NCBI GenBank assembly: GCA_040389185.1
Contig: JAZKAJ010000005.1
Span: 19,887 to 83,886, forward strand
Reading direction: 5' to 3'
DNA length: 64,000 nucleotides
Origin: Patescibacteria group bacterium
GTDB taxonomy: Bacteria; Patescibacteriota; Minisyncoccia; Phycocordibacterales; CAIRYW01
Shown: piece by piece, positions 44,273 through 53,970 of the stretch
How positions within the stretch are numbered: position 1 is the first letter of the stretch
Layout of the letters: every line of letters begins with the position of its first letter
The notes under the pieces: generated by a model
Told to the model about the DNA's origin: nothing
The model's database searches: none
The model's input: the letters and a program-made list of their open reading frames with translations, nothing else
Program-made: the position numbers and the translations under genes

Positions 44273-45841
44273 TTATTTTGATATTGGTAATGTAATAGTG
44301 AAGACGCTTCCAAGATCTTTACCTTCTGATTCAGCAATTATATTTCCGCCGTGCTTCTTGAAGATATTTTTTGCAATAAATAGTCCAATACCCATTCCTT
44401 CTGTATCTGTATTTTGAGCATCATGGCTTCTAAAAAATTTTGTAAAAATTAAAGGCAGATCTTCCTTTTGGATACCGATACCTCTGTCTCTGAAAATTAT
44501 TTTTGCTTCGTGTCCCTGTACTTTTAGGCTAATACTGATTTTCCCTAGATTAGGAGTATACAAAACTGCGTTGTCGAGAATAATCTGAAGAGCAAATTCT
44601 AAACGCTCTTTGTCCACCATAGAAAACACAGGATTATCAGGATACGAAGTAGAGAGATCAATATGCTTATCTTCAAATTGCTTCATATTATTGAGAACAA
44701 TATGCCGAAGAAGCTCAGAAATATCCTGTTCTTTGAATTGATATGCGTATTTATTTGATTCTGATTTCTCAAGATCAACAAGAAGATCAGTGAGTGAGTT
44801 CAGTCTTTCACAAGCAATCTGCACTTCACCAATAATCTTTTTTCTTTGTTCGTCGGTATTTTTTTCGACGAGAAGATTTTCCATAGACCACTTTATATAA
44901 GTAAGTGGCGTACGGAATTTATGAGTGATGACAGTAACAAATTCATATTTGAGCATGTCCACTTCCCTGATCTTTCTCCAAACAAGAATCCCAAGCACAA
45001 CAACAACACCACCACTTAAAAAAGGTATCAAAAGTGGAGGAAAATCCTTGATGTGGGCTACCAAAAAATTGTTTACACTATTAACAAAGATAAGTGCAAT
45101 CCCCACACCCACGACACCTACAGAATACAAAAAAGCCTTTTTCGCCACCACCCTGACATCCAAAAGTTCAAAACTTAAAAAAGAATACGCAAAAGGAATC
45201 GTGTAGAGCCCACAAAATATCGCATAAACAGGATCAATTGGAATATCAAAGACAAGAAGAAAGGCTGTTGAGCCGAGCGTATATCCATAGAGAAATCCAA
45301 TAAACATATATTTAGCACGATTCTTCTCAATATTATTTGAGCCCACATAGCAGCGCCATAAATCATATACATTATAAAGTGAACAAAGAAGGAAAAAAAT
45401 ATTAAAGATAATAAACCCTGGCCCAGGCACATAATAATATGGGAGATAAAGTTTGGAATGAGGTATACCCAAAAACATTTCTGGGTTTATGAGAAAATAG
45501 ACAAACAAAAGCATTCCAATTAAGTATGTCGCATAGAGCACAACCTTTCTCTCGATTGTTTTTTGTCCAAATACCTCGTAAACAAAATGGATACTGAAAA
45601 TTACAATAAATATATCAGAGAGGAGAAACATAAAATCATTTCGAGCACTTATTGCATTCGAAGCATTGATCCCCAAGAGATGACCTATATAGTAAGCAAC
45701 GACAGAAATAGTAAGAAGAAAAAATAAAATATGCGAGACTTTTCGATGTGCCTTAAAAAGAACAAAGATTCCCAAAAGAAGAATTATTGAGGTGCAAAAT
45801 ATTCCAGCTATATTTATAGTAAGCAGCTCCGGGTGTAACAT
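44273..45841 (-). CDS. Sensor histidine kinase (polytopic membrane sensor, HisKA plus HATPase_c).
   Basis: 522-aa ORF with about 7 N-terminal transmembrane helices, an H-box ITHKFRTPLT and N/G1/G2 boxes (DRGIGI, GMGIGL). No cognate response regulator is nearby. Confidence 0.82.
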   Translation of the reverse strand: MLHPELLTINIAGIFCTSIILLLGIFVLFKAHRKVSHILFFLLTISVVAYYIGHLLGINASNAISARNDFMFLLSDIFIVIFSIHFVYEVFGQKTIERKVVLYATYLIGMLLFVYFLINPEMFLGIPHSKLYLPYYYVPGPGFIIFNIFFLLCSLYNVYDLWRCYVGSNNIEKNRAKYMFIGFLYGYTLGSTAFLLVFDIPIDPVYAIFCGLYTIPFAYSFLSFELLDVRVVAKKAFLYSVGVVGVGIALIFVNSVNNFLVAHIKDFPPLLIPFLSGGVVVVLGILVWRKIREVDMLKYEFVTVITHKFRTPLTYIKWSMENLLVEKNTDEQRKKIIGEVQIACERLNSLTDLLVDLEKSESNKYAYQFKEQDISELLRHIVLNNMKQFEDKHIDLSTSYPDNPVFSMVDKERLEFALQIILDNAVLYTPNLGKISISLKVQGHEAKIIFRDRGIGIQKEDLPLIFTKFFRSHDAQNTDTEGMGIGLFIAKNIFKKHGGNIIAESEGKDLGSVFTITLPISK

Positions 45842-45955
45842 AGTTCGTTCTAATTATAGCAACTAGGATAACGCTCGTCGAGAATGGGTTTCCTACAATA
45901 CTCTAGCTCCTCATGACACAAACTTCTCTATACAAATATATGATACAATATAGCA

Positions 45956-46816
45956 ATGGAAGATTTTCTTTCTCTACATATAGCACGGCCCTATGTCTAC
46001 ACGATCCTTATTGTGGGACTCTGTGCTATTACATATGGATACACTACAATCTTGGATGAAAAAAGTAATATTGAAGTGAAACTTTTCAATACTAATATTG
46101 AACTCTCTCAAGCCCAAACCCAAAGCGCGTATTTTCAATCCCTCCTCGATGCAAAAGAAAATGAAAAATTAGCTCTCCAGGATACTGTCGAAGATTTCTC
46201 AAATCAGGTTGCAACACTCGAAAAGATCAGAGACACAGACAAGGAGCTTCTTCAAAAATACTCAAAAGTATATTTCTTGAATGAAAACTATACTCCGAAA
46301 GACATAGAGGAAATTTCTTCGATCTATCTTACTCCAAATTCTAAACCACTTGAGCTCGATGCCAATGTTCTCCCATTTTTGAAAAGAATGATCAGGGCAT
46401 CAATCAAAGCTAACAATCCCATCCAAGTTGTCTCGGCTTACAGATCATTTGGAACACAGGAAAATTTGAAGACCGCATACAAAGCAACCTTCGGTTCTGG
46501 CGCAAATGCGTTTTCTGCAGACCAAGGATATTCCGAACACCAACTCGGTACAACAGTTGATCTTACAACACCTATTCTTCAAAATACTTTCGTGTCTTTT
46601 GAGGACACACCTGCGTTCAAATGGTTAGAAGACCATGCGCAAGAATATGGATTTACACTCTCCTACCCAAAGGGTAATAAATATTATGTCTATGAACCAT
46701 GGCATTGGAGATTTGTTGGAGTAGAGCTTGCAACAAAACTTCACGATGAGAATATACACTTTTATGATATGGATCAAAGAGAGATTGATACATATCTTCT
46801 GAAAATATTTGATTAA
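45956..46816 (+). CDS. D-alanyl-D-alanine carboxypeptidase family (VanY / peptidase M15B).
   Basis: 286-aa ORF with SAYRSFGTQ, SEHQLGTTVDL and EPWHWRFVG motifs, plus an N-terminal transmembrane anchor. Confidence 0.75.
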   Translation: MEDFLSLHIARPYVYTILIVGLCAITYGYTTILDEKSNIEVKLFNTNIELSQAQTQSAYFQSLLDAKENEKLALQDTVEDFSNQVATLEKIRDTDKELLQKYSKVYFLNENYTPKDIEEISSIYLTPNSKPLELDANVLPFLKRMIRASIKANNPIQVVSAYRSFGTQENLKTAYKATFGSGANAFSADQGYSEHQLGTTVDLTTPILQNTFVSFEDTPAFKWLEDHAQEYGFTLSYPKGNKYYVYEPWHWRFVGVELATKLHDENIHFYDMDQREIDTYLLKIFD

Positions 46817-46875
46817 AGCCTATTGAGTTCTCTCAATAAGTTGAGTATTTTACGCATATAATCTATAATCCAAAC

Positions 46876-47592
46876 ATGATACTACTTATTAGTTTGGGAG
46901 CAAGTGCCGCCACCTATTTAGGAGGGCTGATTGCTTTACGATTCAAAGACCGACTCCATCTCATTTTAGGGTTTTCTGCAGGAGCAGTTATTGGCGTTGC
47001 ATTCTTTGACCTTATGCCTGAGGCACTTGGGTTGACATCACAATATTTCACCACTCCAACTACCCTCTCAATTGTTGCGCTCGGATTTATTTCGTACATG
47101 ATTCTTGATCGATCAATAGCTCTGCATAGTCATACCGATGAAGACAGTTGCAACAAGCATCGAAGTAATATCGGTGCAGGCAGTCTTTCAATACATAGCT
47201 TTCTTGATGGAGTGGCTATTGGAGTCGCATTTCAGGTTGGGACCGCAGTTGGAACTATTGTTGCAGTTGCAGTGCTTGTGCATGATTTTTCTGATGGAAT
47301 GAATACAGTCAACATGATCCTAAAAAATAACGGCGACAGAATGAGAGCACTCAAATGGCTAAGTATTGATGCGATAGCTCCAATACTTGGCGTTATCTCC
47401 ACTCTTTTTTTTACTCTCGAAGAAAGTGTACTTGGAATCATTCTCGCCCTATTCTCTGGATTCTTTCTCTATATTGGAGCAAGCGATCTATTACCAGAAA
47501 GCCACCACGGACACAGTACAATGTGGACTACGGTAGCAACAGTAGTTGGAACATCAATACTTTTTGTTGCTATAAAATTGGCAGGAATATAG
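46876..47592 (+). CDS. zupT: ZIP family metal transporter (ZupT-like).
   Basis: 238-aa ORF with about 8 transmembrane helices, HDFSDG and HHGH motifs. Confidence 0.85.
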   Translation: MILLISLGASAATYLGGLIALRFKDRLHLILGFSAGAVIGVAFFDLMPEALGLTSQYFTTPTTLSIVALGFISYMILDRSIALHSHTDEDSCNKHRSNIGAGSLSIHSFLDGVAIGVAFQVGTAVGTIVAVAVLVHDFSDGMNTVNMILKNNGDRMRALKWLSIDAIAPILGVISTLFFTLEESVLGIILALFSGFFLYIGASDLLPESHHGHSTMWTTVATVVGTSILFVAIKLAGI

Positions 47593-47640
47593 AGAAACAG
47601 TATTTGGTATGTAGTATATTGTATATAGTATAAATTAAAA

Positions 47641-47671
47641 TGCGTCGCACCCTTTGGGTGCGACGCATTTT
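47641..47671. repeat. Second exact copy of the hairpin aatgcgtcgcaccc-ttt-gggtgcgacgcatt, flanked by imperfect AT-rich inverted repeats.
   Basis: Identical to the copy at 19762-19792. It sits between convergent genes. Confidence 0.6.
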
Positions 47672-47711
47672 ATACTACATACAATATACCAAATACTATA
47701 TACAATTTGTA

Positions 47712-47912
47712 CTACTTCGTATCACAACACTTGCAATTTGCTTTGTGTGTGAAAATCTCATAGATCGCTGAAAGCCCTACGAGGACGTAAATCACTCGAG
47801 AAACGACAGCATCCATACCGCCAAAAAGCTGTCCAACATCCCAACCTGCAAGTCCTACAAGAAGCCAGTTAAGGCCTCCAATGACAAGAAGGATAAAAGT
47901 TAATTTGTGCAT
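47712..47912 (-). CDS. DUF378 family small membrane protein.
   Basis: 66-aa ORF whose sequence FILLVIGGLNWLLVGLAGWDVGQLFGG matches the DUF378 pattern. Confidence 0.65.
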   Translation of the reverse strand: MHKLTFILLVIGGLNWLLVGLAGWDVGQLFGGMDAVVSRVIYVLVGLSAIYEIFTHKANCKCCDTK

Positions 47913-48027
47913 AAATAAAAAAATAATTGTTTCTAAATCGACCCTACCTTGTACTACATTATACCCTCAATTTAAAAATCATTTTCTACTTATCAACATA
48001 CACAAACACTGATACAATGTAGTACAC

Positions 48028-48195
48028 ATGGGATCAAAACCACTTATTTGGATAGGAATGTTTATTGGTGGCACCGTCGGGGGATTCGTCCCGATGCTCT
48101 GGGGTGATAGTAGCTTTTCTTTCTCTGGGATCTTTTTTAATGCAGTGGGCGCAATAATTGGAATATATGTTGCTTATAGAATATCAGACAATTAG
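48028..48195 (+). CDS. Small membrane protein (55 aa).
   Basis: The translation is MGSKPLIWIGMFIGGTVGGFVPMLWGDSSFSFSGIFFNAVGAIIGIYVAYRISDN. Too short for the ORF track. Confidence 0.35.
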   Translation: MGSKPLIWIGMFIGGTVGGFVPMLWGDSSFSFSGIFFNAVGAIIGIYVAYRISDN

Positions 48196-48210
48196 TGATT
48201 AAATTAATAT

Positions 48211-48573
48211 ATGCACAAAATAAACAAATTCTTTTTTAGTCTAAAATGCGCAACAAAGGGAATTAAAACAGTTCTAAAAGAAGAACAGAATTTTCAAATA
48301 GAGATTATTATTGCGCTATTCACAATATTACTTGGTATCTTTTTGAATATAAGCAACATAGAAATGGCAATCATTATTATTTCTATAATCATTGTTCTAA
48401 CGGCAGAAATAGTAAATACCGCAATTGAAGATCTTTGTGACAAAATAGAACCTCATCATGACAGTATTATAGGAAAGATCAAAGATATTATGGCAGGCTT
48501 TGTACTTATTACATCAATTGGAACTGTGGTTGTAGGACTCATAATATTCCTTCCAAAGATATCAGTATTTTAA
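48211..48573 (+). CDS. dgkA: Diacylglycerol kinase family protein (DgkA / undecaprenol kinase-like).
   Basis: 120-aa three-helix ORF with an EIVNTAIE motif (compare ELxNSAIE in DgkA). Confidence 0.75.
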   Translation: MHKINKFFFSLKCATKGIKTVLKEEQNFQIEIIIALFTILLGIFLNISNIEMAIIIISIIIVLTAEIVNTAIEDLCDKIEPHHDSIIGKIKDIMAGFVLITSIGTVVVGLIIFLPKISVF

Positions 48574-48592
48574 TTCTGAATATAAAAGTTAT

Positions 48593-49540
48593 ATGAAATT
48601 ATTGGGCCATATTCTGAGGATAATAATCATGACAACAATTGTCGGCGCAATTCTCTATCATTTCAATACCCAATTTCAAACCGCCATTGATCAAAAGTAC
48701 GAGTGGCTCTTCCCTTGCAAAACAGCTATTACCTATTCAGTTGGCATTGTCGATCCAAAATTTGGTATTTCAACAGATCAATTTTTGAGTGCAATCAAGA
48801 TTGGAGAAAAAACGTGGGAAGATGCCTTAAATGGCAAGAAGCTCTTTGAATACGTACCCGAAGGCGGCAAAGTAAGCGTTAACTTAATTTACGACACTCG
48901 ACAATCTGCAACGGACAAATTAAAAAAACTTGGCTATGTCATAAATGACGACAAGGCAAGTTTCAATGACCTCAAAACAAAATATGATGCACTAAGCAAA
49001 TCATTCAATCAAACAAAAGCACAAATAACGAGCGATATTAATGACCTAAAACGAGATCAAGCTGCTTATGAAAAGGAAGTGGCTTATTGGAATAGCAAAG
49101 GTGGTGCGCCGAAAGAAGATTATGCAAAACTGCAGAAAGAAAAAAATGATTTAAACAACAGAGCAGACAGTATAAACCAAAGACAAGAGACGCTTAATCA
49201 ATCTGTTGACACTATCAATTCATTAGGTACGGTTTTAAATGAGCAGATCAGTACGCTTAATCTCGATGTAGACAAATATAATAATAACCAAGAGACTCTA
49301 GGTGATGAATTTGATCAGGGTGAGTACGTGCTTGACCAGAGTGGTCGAACTATCAATATCTATCAATTTGATAATATGGCAAAACTCGAACGAGTACTTA
49401 CCCATGAATTAGGCCACGCATTAGGACTTGAGCACAATGATGACCCAAAATCAGTGATGTACAAACTAAACCAAGGAACCACACTCACACTTTCAGCAGA
49501 AGATATTTCATCACTCAAAGCTGTTTGTCGCACCCTCTAA
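48593..49540 (+). CDS. Membrane-anchored zinc metalloprotease with a matrixin-like (M10, metzincin) HExxHxxGxxH motif.
   Basis: 315-aa ORF with an N-terminal transmembrane helix, a central coiled coil and C-terminal VLTHELGHALGLEHNDDPKSVMY. Confidence 0.7.
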   Translation: MKLLGHILRIIIMTTIVGAILYHFNTQFQTAIDQKYEWLFPCKTAITYSVGIVDPKFGISTDQFLSAIKIGEKTWEDALNGKKLFEYVPEGGKVSVNLIYDTRQSATDKLKKLGYVINDDKASFNDLKTKYDALSKSFNQTKAQITSDINDLKRDQAAYEKEVAYWNSKGGAPKEDYAKLQKEKNDLNNRADSINQRQETLNQSVDTINSLGTVLNEQISTLNLDVDKYNNNQETLGDEFDQGEYVLDQSGRTINIYQFDNMAKLERVLTHELGHALGLEHNDDPKSVMYKLNQGTTLTLSAEDISSLKAVCRTL

Positions 49541-49705
49541 AGTTTTATCTATTGAAAAGTTTGTCGAACAAACTTTTCTTGCTCTGCAATATAACCAATC
49601 TTAGAACATTGTTTTTATGCTCTATATACACAACAACTTAAATCTTACTTTGAAAAACAAGGTTATATTGCAGAGCGATAGATAAAATTTTCTAGGGTAA
49701 AAAAT

Positions 49706-50488
49706 CTAAACAATAAAAAAGTAGAACAACACAGCAATCAATATTCGATATACTCCGAATACAATAAAATCATGCTTCTTTACAAATGAGAGGAATCCTT
49801 TGATCGCAATTATTGCGACAATATAAGAAACAATAAATCCAACAAAGAGTGCCCCGAGATTGCCGCCATGAATAAGCGCGTCTTTGTTCTTTAGAATATC
49901 CAACCCTGTTGCTGCGCACATCGTAGGTACCGCAAGAAGAAATGAGAATTCTGCAATCGCCGTACGACTAATCCCCTGCATCATACCTCCCACAATTGTC
50001 GCTGCAGAACGAGATACACCAGGAACGAATGCAACACACTGACAGAGACCAATAATAAAAGATTGTTTTATAGAAATTGAATCACTTCCCTTCTCTACTT
50101 TCTTTTTATTATAAAGTTCAAAAATAATGAGAAGTATTCCCCCAATAAAAAGTGCCCAGAGTACAATTGATATGTCTCCTAGATATTCCTTTACTCGCTT
50201 GTATACCAAAAGTCCAATGACCGCGGTCGGCAGGAATCCAACAAAAAGTTTTTTTAAAATTTCAATATTAAAGAATGATTTAAAATAAAGAGTCACCACA
50301 GCCAGAATTGCTCCAAGCTGAATGATAATCTCAAAACTTTTTACAAAATCAGTTTGTTCAAGATGAAGAATTTTTGCACCCAAGATAAGATGTGCTGTAG
50401 AAGACACGGGCAGAAATTCTGTAATTCCTTCAATAATTCCCAAGATTGTTGCATCAAATATATTCATAGAATAGTAGTATAAAGTCAA
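49706..50488 (-). CDS. uppP: Undecaprenyl-diphosphate phosphatase (BacA/UppP).
   Basis: 260-aa ORF with the conserved N-terminal ILGIIEGITEFLPVSSTAHL and a polytopic membrane topology. Confidence 0.9.
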   Translation of the reverse strand: MTLYYYSMNIFDATILGIIEGITEFLPVSSTAHLILGAKILHLEQTDFVKSFEIIIQLGAILAVVTLYFKSFFNIEILKKLFVGFLPTAVIGLLVYKRVKEYLGDISIVLWALFIGGILLIIFELYNKKKVEKGSDSISIKQSFIIGLCQCVAFVPGVSRSAATIVGGMMQGISRTAIAEFSFLLAVPTMCAATGLDILKNKDALIHGGNLGALFVGFIVSYIVAIIAIKGFLSFVKKHDFIVFGVYRILIAVLFYFFIV

Positions 50489-50600
50489 AAGTCAAAAGTG
50501 ACAACAGCTGTTGATACCGAGAGGGAGAAAGCGAAAAGCTAAATGCACCGTAACACATGGACTTTATACTCCCTACTATGTACGATATACTAGAACCACA

Positions 50601-51875
50601 ATGGAACATTTATTTGTATCTCTTTTTCAAACCCATCTCGACACATTCAAGCATTTTGGATACTGGATAATATTACTCGTTACCTATATAGAATCAGTAC
50701 CACTTTTGGGAATGCTTATTCCAGGACAAACAATTATCATTCTCGCTGGGTTTATGGTGAAGCTTCATTTCTTTGGTTTTTGGATCACAATCGCAGTCAC
50801 AACGTTAGGTGCTGTGCTCGGTGATCTCACGGGCTTTTATCTTGGACATACATATGGTCACCATTTCACCGCTGCAGAAAAAAAATTTTATATCAAAAGA
50901 GAACAGTTCGAAAAGACCAAACATCTTATCGCTACACACCCATTCAAAGCAATCTTCTTTGGAAGACTTCATTCATTAACACGGACTCTCACACCGTTTG
51001 CTGGGGGTGCAAGCAACATAAGCCTCAGTAAATTTCTTTCTATAGATATTCTCTCATCTTTTGTTTGGGCCTTCCTTTCAATACTTATCGGATTTATATT
51101 TGGCAAAAGTTTTGAAAAGGCATCAGCATTTCTGGGCAGCTTTATTCTTGTTGCCACATTTATCACCGTTTGTATCATCTTAGCCGTAAATTATGCAAAA
51201 AAGAAAAACATAAAGCTCGCAAAGATTGATGTTTTTATGTTCATTACTTCAACCGTAACGATCTATTTATTTGGACTTATTGCTCGAGACCTGGTAACAG
51301 GACATCTATTTACTATTTTTGATCAACATATATACATGCTTCGACACATAATTGAAACTCCTCTTATGACAACAATCATGCTTATGTTCAGCACACTTGG
51401 TAACGCTCTCTTTATGACATCCCTCGCTCTGCTCTTCATACTCTTTCTTGTAAGCAAAAAACAATACAGACACGCACTGCTTTCTTCATCAATCTTGATT
51501 GCAGGACTCGGAGCTGTTGAATTCTTAAAGATACATTATGCACGAATCAGACCCCTTGGAATCATAAATGTGGATGGTAATAGCTTCCCGAGCGGACACA
51601 TGGCAATGTCAATGATGCTTGCAATTCTCGTCTCTTATATAAGTCTCCGGCACTTGAAACCAATTATAAAGAGAAGAGCTCTTTTGACCCTTGTTTACAC
51701 AACATCGCTTGTAATTGGCTTTTCGAGGATATATCTTGGGGTTCACTGGGCATCGGATGTCTTGGCAGGACTTCTCTTTGGGATATTCTTCGCAACATTT
51801 GGTATAGTGGTATTTAATGGAATTTCGTTTATTATAAGTGTAGGCAAAAAGAAGCATGAGATACCATTACCTTAA
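50601..51875 (+). CDS. Fusion protein: DedA (SNARE-associated/TVP38) membrane domain plus a PAP2-superfamily phosphatase domain.
   Basis: The N-terminal half is DedA-like (GMLIPGQTIIILAGF...). The C-terminal half carries PAP2 motifs KIHYARIRP, PSGH and SRIYLGVHWASD. Start taken at ATG 50601 within ORF 50511-51875. Confidence 0.78.
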   Translation: MEHLFVSLFQTHLDTFKHFGYWIILLVTYIESVPLLGMLIPGQTIIILAGFMVKLHFFGFWITIAVTTLGAVLGDLTGFYLGHTYGHHFTAAEKKFYIKREQFEKTKHLIATHPFKAIFFGRLHSLTRTLTPFAGGASNISLSKFLSIDILSSFVWAFLSILIGFIFGKSFEKASAFLGSFILVATFITVCIILAVNYAKKKNIKLAKIDVFMFITSTVTIYLFGLIARDLVTGHLFTIFDQHIYMLRHIIETPLMTTIMLMFSTLGNALFMTSLALLFILFLVSKKQYRHALLSSSILIAGLGAVEFLKIHYARIRPLGIINVDGNSFPSGHMAMSMMLAILVSYISLRHLKPIIKRRALLTLVYTTSLVIGFSRIYLGVHWASDVLAGLLFGIFFATFGIVVFNGISFIISVGKKKHEIPLP

Positions 51876-51929
51876 AAAGGTAAATCTCAATAAACAAACA
51901 CCAAATTACAAACAAAATACAATAACAAT

Positions 51930-53174
51930 ATGAAAAAAGATTATATTCCATCAAAGAAAATATTAGAAAACTACGCAAAGGTTCTTGTAAACTTTGCACT
52001 TAATAGTGGAAAAGGAGTTCAGAAAGGAGAAACGGTATATCTCACAGTAAACGAATATGCACGACCAATGTATGTCGAGCTCTACAAAGCGATCATCAAG
52101 CGAGGTGGTAATGTTATCACAAACTACATTCCAGATGACAAAGAAACATATGACAAAGCAAATTCGAATGTCTCTCGGCTCTTCTATGAACTCGCAAGCG
52201 ACACACAGCTCTCCTACTTCCCTTCTAAATATATGAAAGGCCTTATCGATGAGATCGATCACTCGATCTACATCATTTCTGATACCAACAAACATATCTT
52301 GAAAGGTATTGATCCAAAGAAAATTATGGCGCGAGGCAAGGCATTTAAACCATATATGGATTGGAGAAACCACAAGGAGAATCAAGGCAAGTTCACCTGG
52401 ACTCTTGCTCTTTATGGAACACCTGCAATGGCCAAGGAAGCAAAAATGAGTCTCAAAGAATATTGGGCACAAATCATCAAGGCATGTTTTCTTGATAAAA
52501 AAGATCCAATTGCAGAATGGAAAAAAACATACAAATACATCGACAAAGCTGAGAACAAATTAAATTCAATGCCGATTGAAAAACTTCACGTCAAAGGGCC
52601 TGATGCGGATCTCTGGGTACATCTCGGCGAAAAGAAAAAATGGAAAAGTGGAAGCGGACGAAACATTCCATCATTTGAGATCTTTACTTCTCCAGACTGG
52701 AGAGGAACTAACGGATGGATTAGATTCTCAGAACCTCTCTACCGATATGGCAATCTCATCACAGGCATCGAACTTTGGTTTAAAGACGGAAAGGTTATAA
52801 AGAGTAAAGCAACACAAAACGAAAAGGTTTTGAAACAAATGATTGCAACAGAGAATGCAGACAAGATCGGCGAATACTCACTCACAGATACGAGGTTCTC
52901 TCGGATCACAAAGTTCATGGCAGAAACCCTCTTTGATGAAAACGTAGGTGGCAAATACGGCAACACTCACCTTGCACTCGGTAACGCATACCATGACTGC
53001 TATACAGGTGATGCATCACAAATGACTACAGAAGATTGGGAGGAGCTAGGATTTAATTCTTCATCAGTTCACACAGACATCGTCTCCACAACACCTCGAA
53101 CAGTAACTGCATATATGAAAGATGGAACAAGTGAAGTGATCTATAAGGATGGATATTTTACTTTCTTGAAATAA
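51930..53174 (+). CDS. ampS: Aminopeptidase, M29 family (AmpS/PepS/aminopeptidase T-like).
   Basis: 414-aa ORF with an N-terminal YAKVLVNFALNSGKGVQKGETVYLT segment and overall M29 length. Confidence 0.82.
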   Translation: MKKDYIPSKKILENYAKVLVNFALNSGKGVQKGETVYLTVNEYARPMYVELYKAIIKRGGNVITNYIPDDKETYDKANSNVSRLFYELASDTQLSYFPSKYMKGLIDEIDHSIYIISDTNKHILKGIDPKKIMARGKAFKPYMDWRNHKENQGKFTWTLALYGTPAMAKEAKMSLKEYWAQIIKACFLDKKDPIAEWKKTYKYIDKAENKLNSMPIEKLHVKGPDADLWVHLGEKKKWKSGSGRNIPSFEIFTSPDWRGTNGWIRFSEPLYRYGNLITGIELWFKDGKVIKSKATQNEKVLKQMIATENADKIGEYSLTDTRFSRITKFMAETLFDENVGGKYGNTHLALGNAYHDCYTGDASQMTTEDWEELGFNSSSVHTDIVSTTPRTVTAYMKDGTSEVIYKDGYFTFLK

Positions 53175-53181
53175 ATTAAAA

Positions 53182-53898
53182 GTGAAATCTTGGAACTCAA
53201 AACAAATTAAACAACATGAGCTTGCGGGAGAAAAACTTGGACTCATCAAAGATGAATTCAGAGACTTTGTTGTAGAGAAAATAAAGTCAAAGAAAGATAT
53301 CTTTGAAAAAGACTGTGTTGAATTCATCAAAAAATCCTATAAAAAACACGGACTTATTTGTGAGGACAAAAAGGAATTCGCGATTGTTGCGTTTGGAGTC
53401 AATACAAAGGAAGTTCACTATTTCTTTAAAGGTGAAGGATTAAAATTGGTTTCTGAGACTTTAATTCTCCTTGATATCTGGGTACGACTCGACCAAAAAA
53501 CAGCTCCTTACGCAGACACAACATTTATGTTTTACTTCGGTAAAAGAATACCAAAAGAAATTCAAAAGACTTGGGAAGTACTCGTAAAATCTCGAGATAA
53601 TGCAATCAGTTATATAAAAAAGGAAATCAAAAAAGGACGAACGCCGCGAGGACTGGATATAGACCGTGAAGCACATGACCACATAGGAAGCAATGGATAT
53701 TCACATGCGATCAAGCACACAATTGGCCATTCTCTCGGATTTGATTCCCCTCACGGCAAACTTCCTGGAATTAATTGGAGAGAATATTCGCAGATCTTAC
53801 AGAATGTTGGATATACCATTGAACCTGGAATGTATCTCAAAGATTTTGGAATGCGGACAGAATTGGATTTTTATATAAATGAGAAAATGAGATGGTGA
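53182..53898 (+). CDS. M24-like pita-bread fold metallopeptidase domain protein.
   Basis: 238-aa ORF with HTIGHSLG...EPGMY segments resembling the M24 metal-ligand motifs. Confidence 0.5.
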   Translation: MKSWNSKQIKQHELAGEKLGLIKDEFRDFVVEKIKSKKDIFEKDCVEFIKKSYKKHGLICEDKKEFAIVAFGVNTKEVHYFFKGEGLKLVSETLILLDIWVRLDQKTAPYADTTFMFYFGKRIPKEIQKTWEVLVKSRDNAISYIKKEIKKGRTPRGLDIDREAHDHIGSNGYSHAIKHTIGHSLGFDSPHGKLPGINWREYSQILQNVGYTIEPGMYLKDFGMRTELDFYINEKMRW

Positions 53899-53970
53899 TT
53901 ACAACACCGATACAGAAGGAAATAGAAATTATCCAATAAAAATAGTGAGCAGGATTAGTGCTCACCGAGG

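Noticed and set aside
47600-48030. Recurrent GTAGTAC / GTACTAC-containing motifs (also near 9806, 11891 and 7905), considered as a specific regulatory motif.
   Set aside because: Short, low-complexity and expected by chance in AT-rich intergenic DNA. The positions are not consistently promoter-proximal. Noted only as context for the hairpin at 47641-47671.
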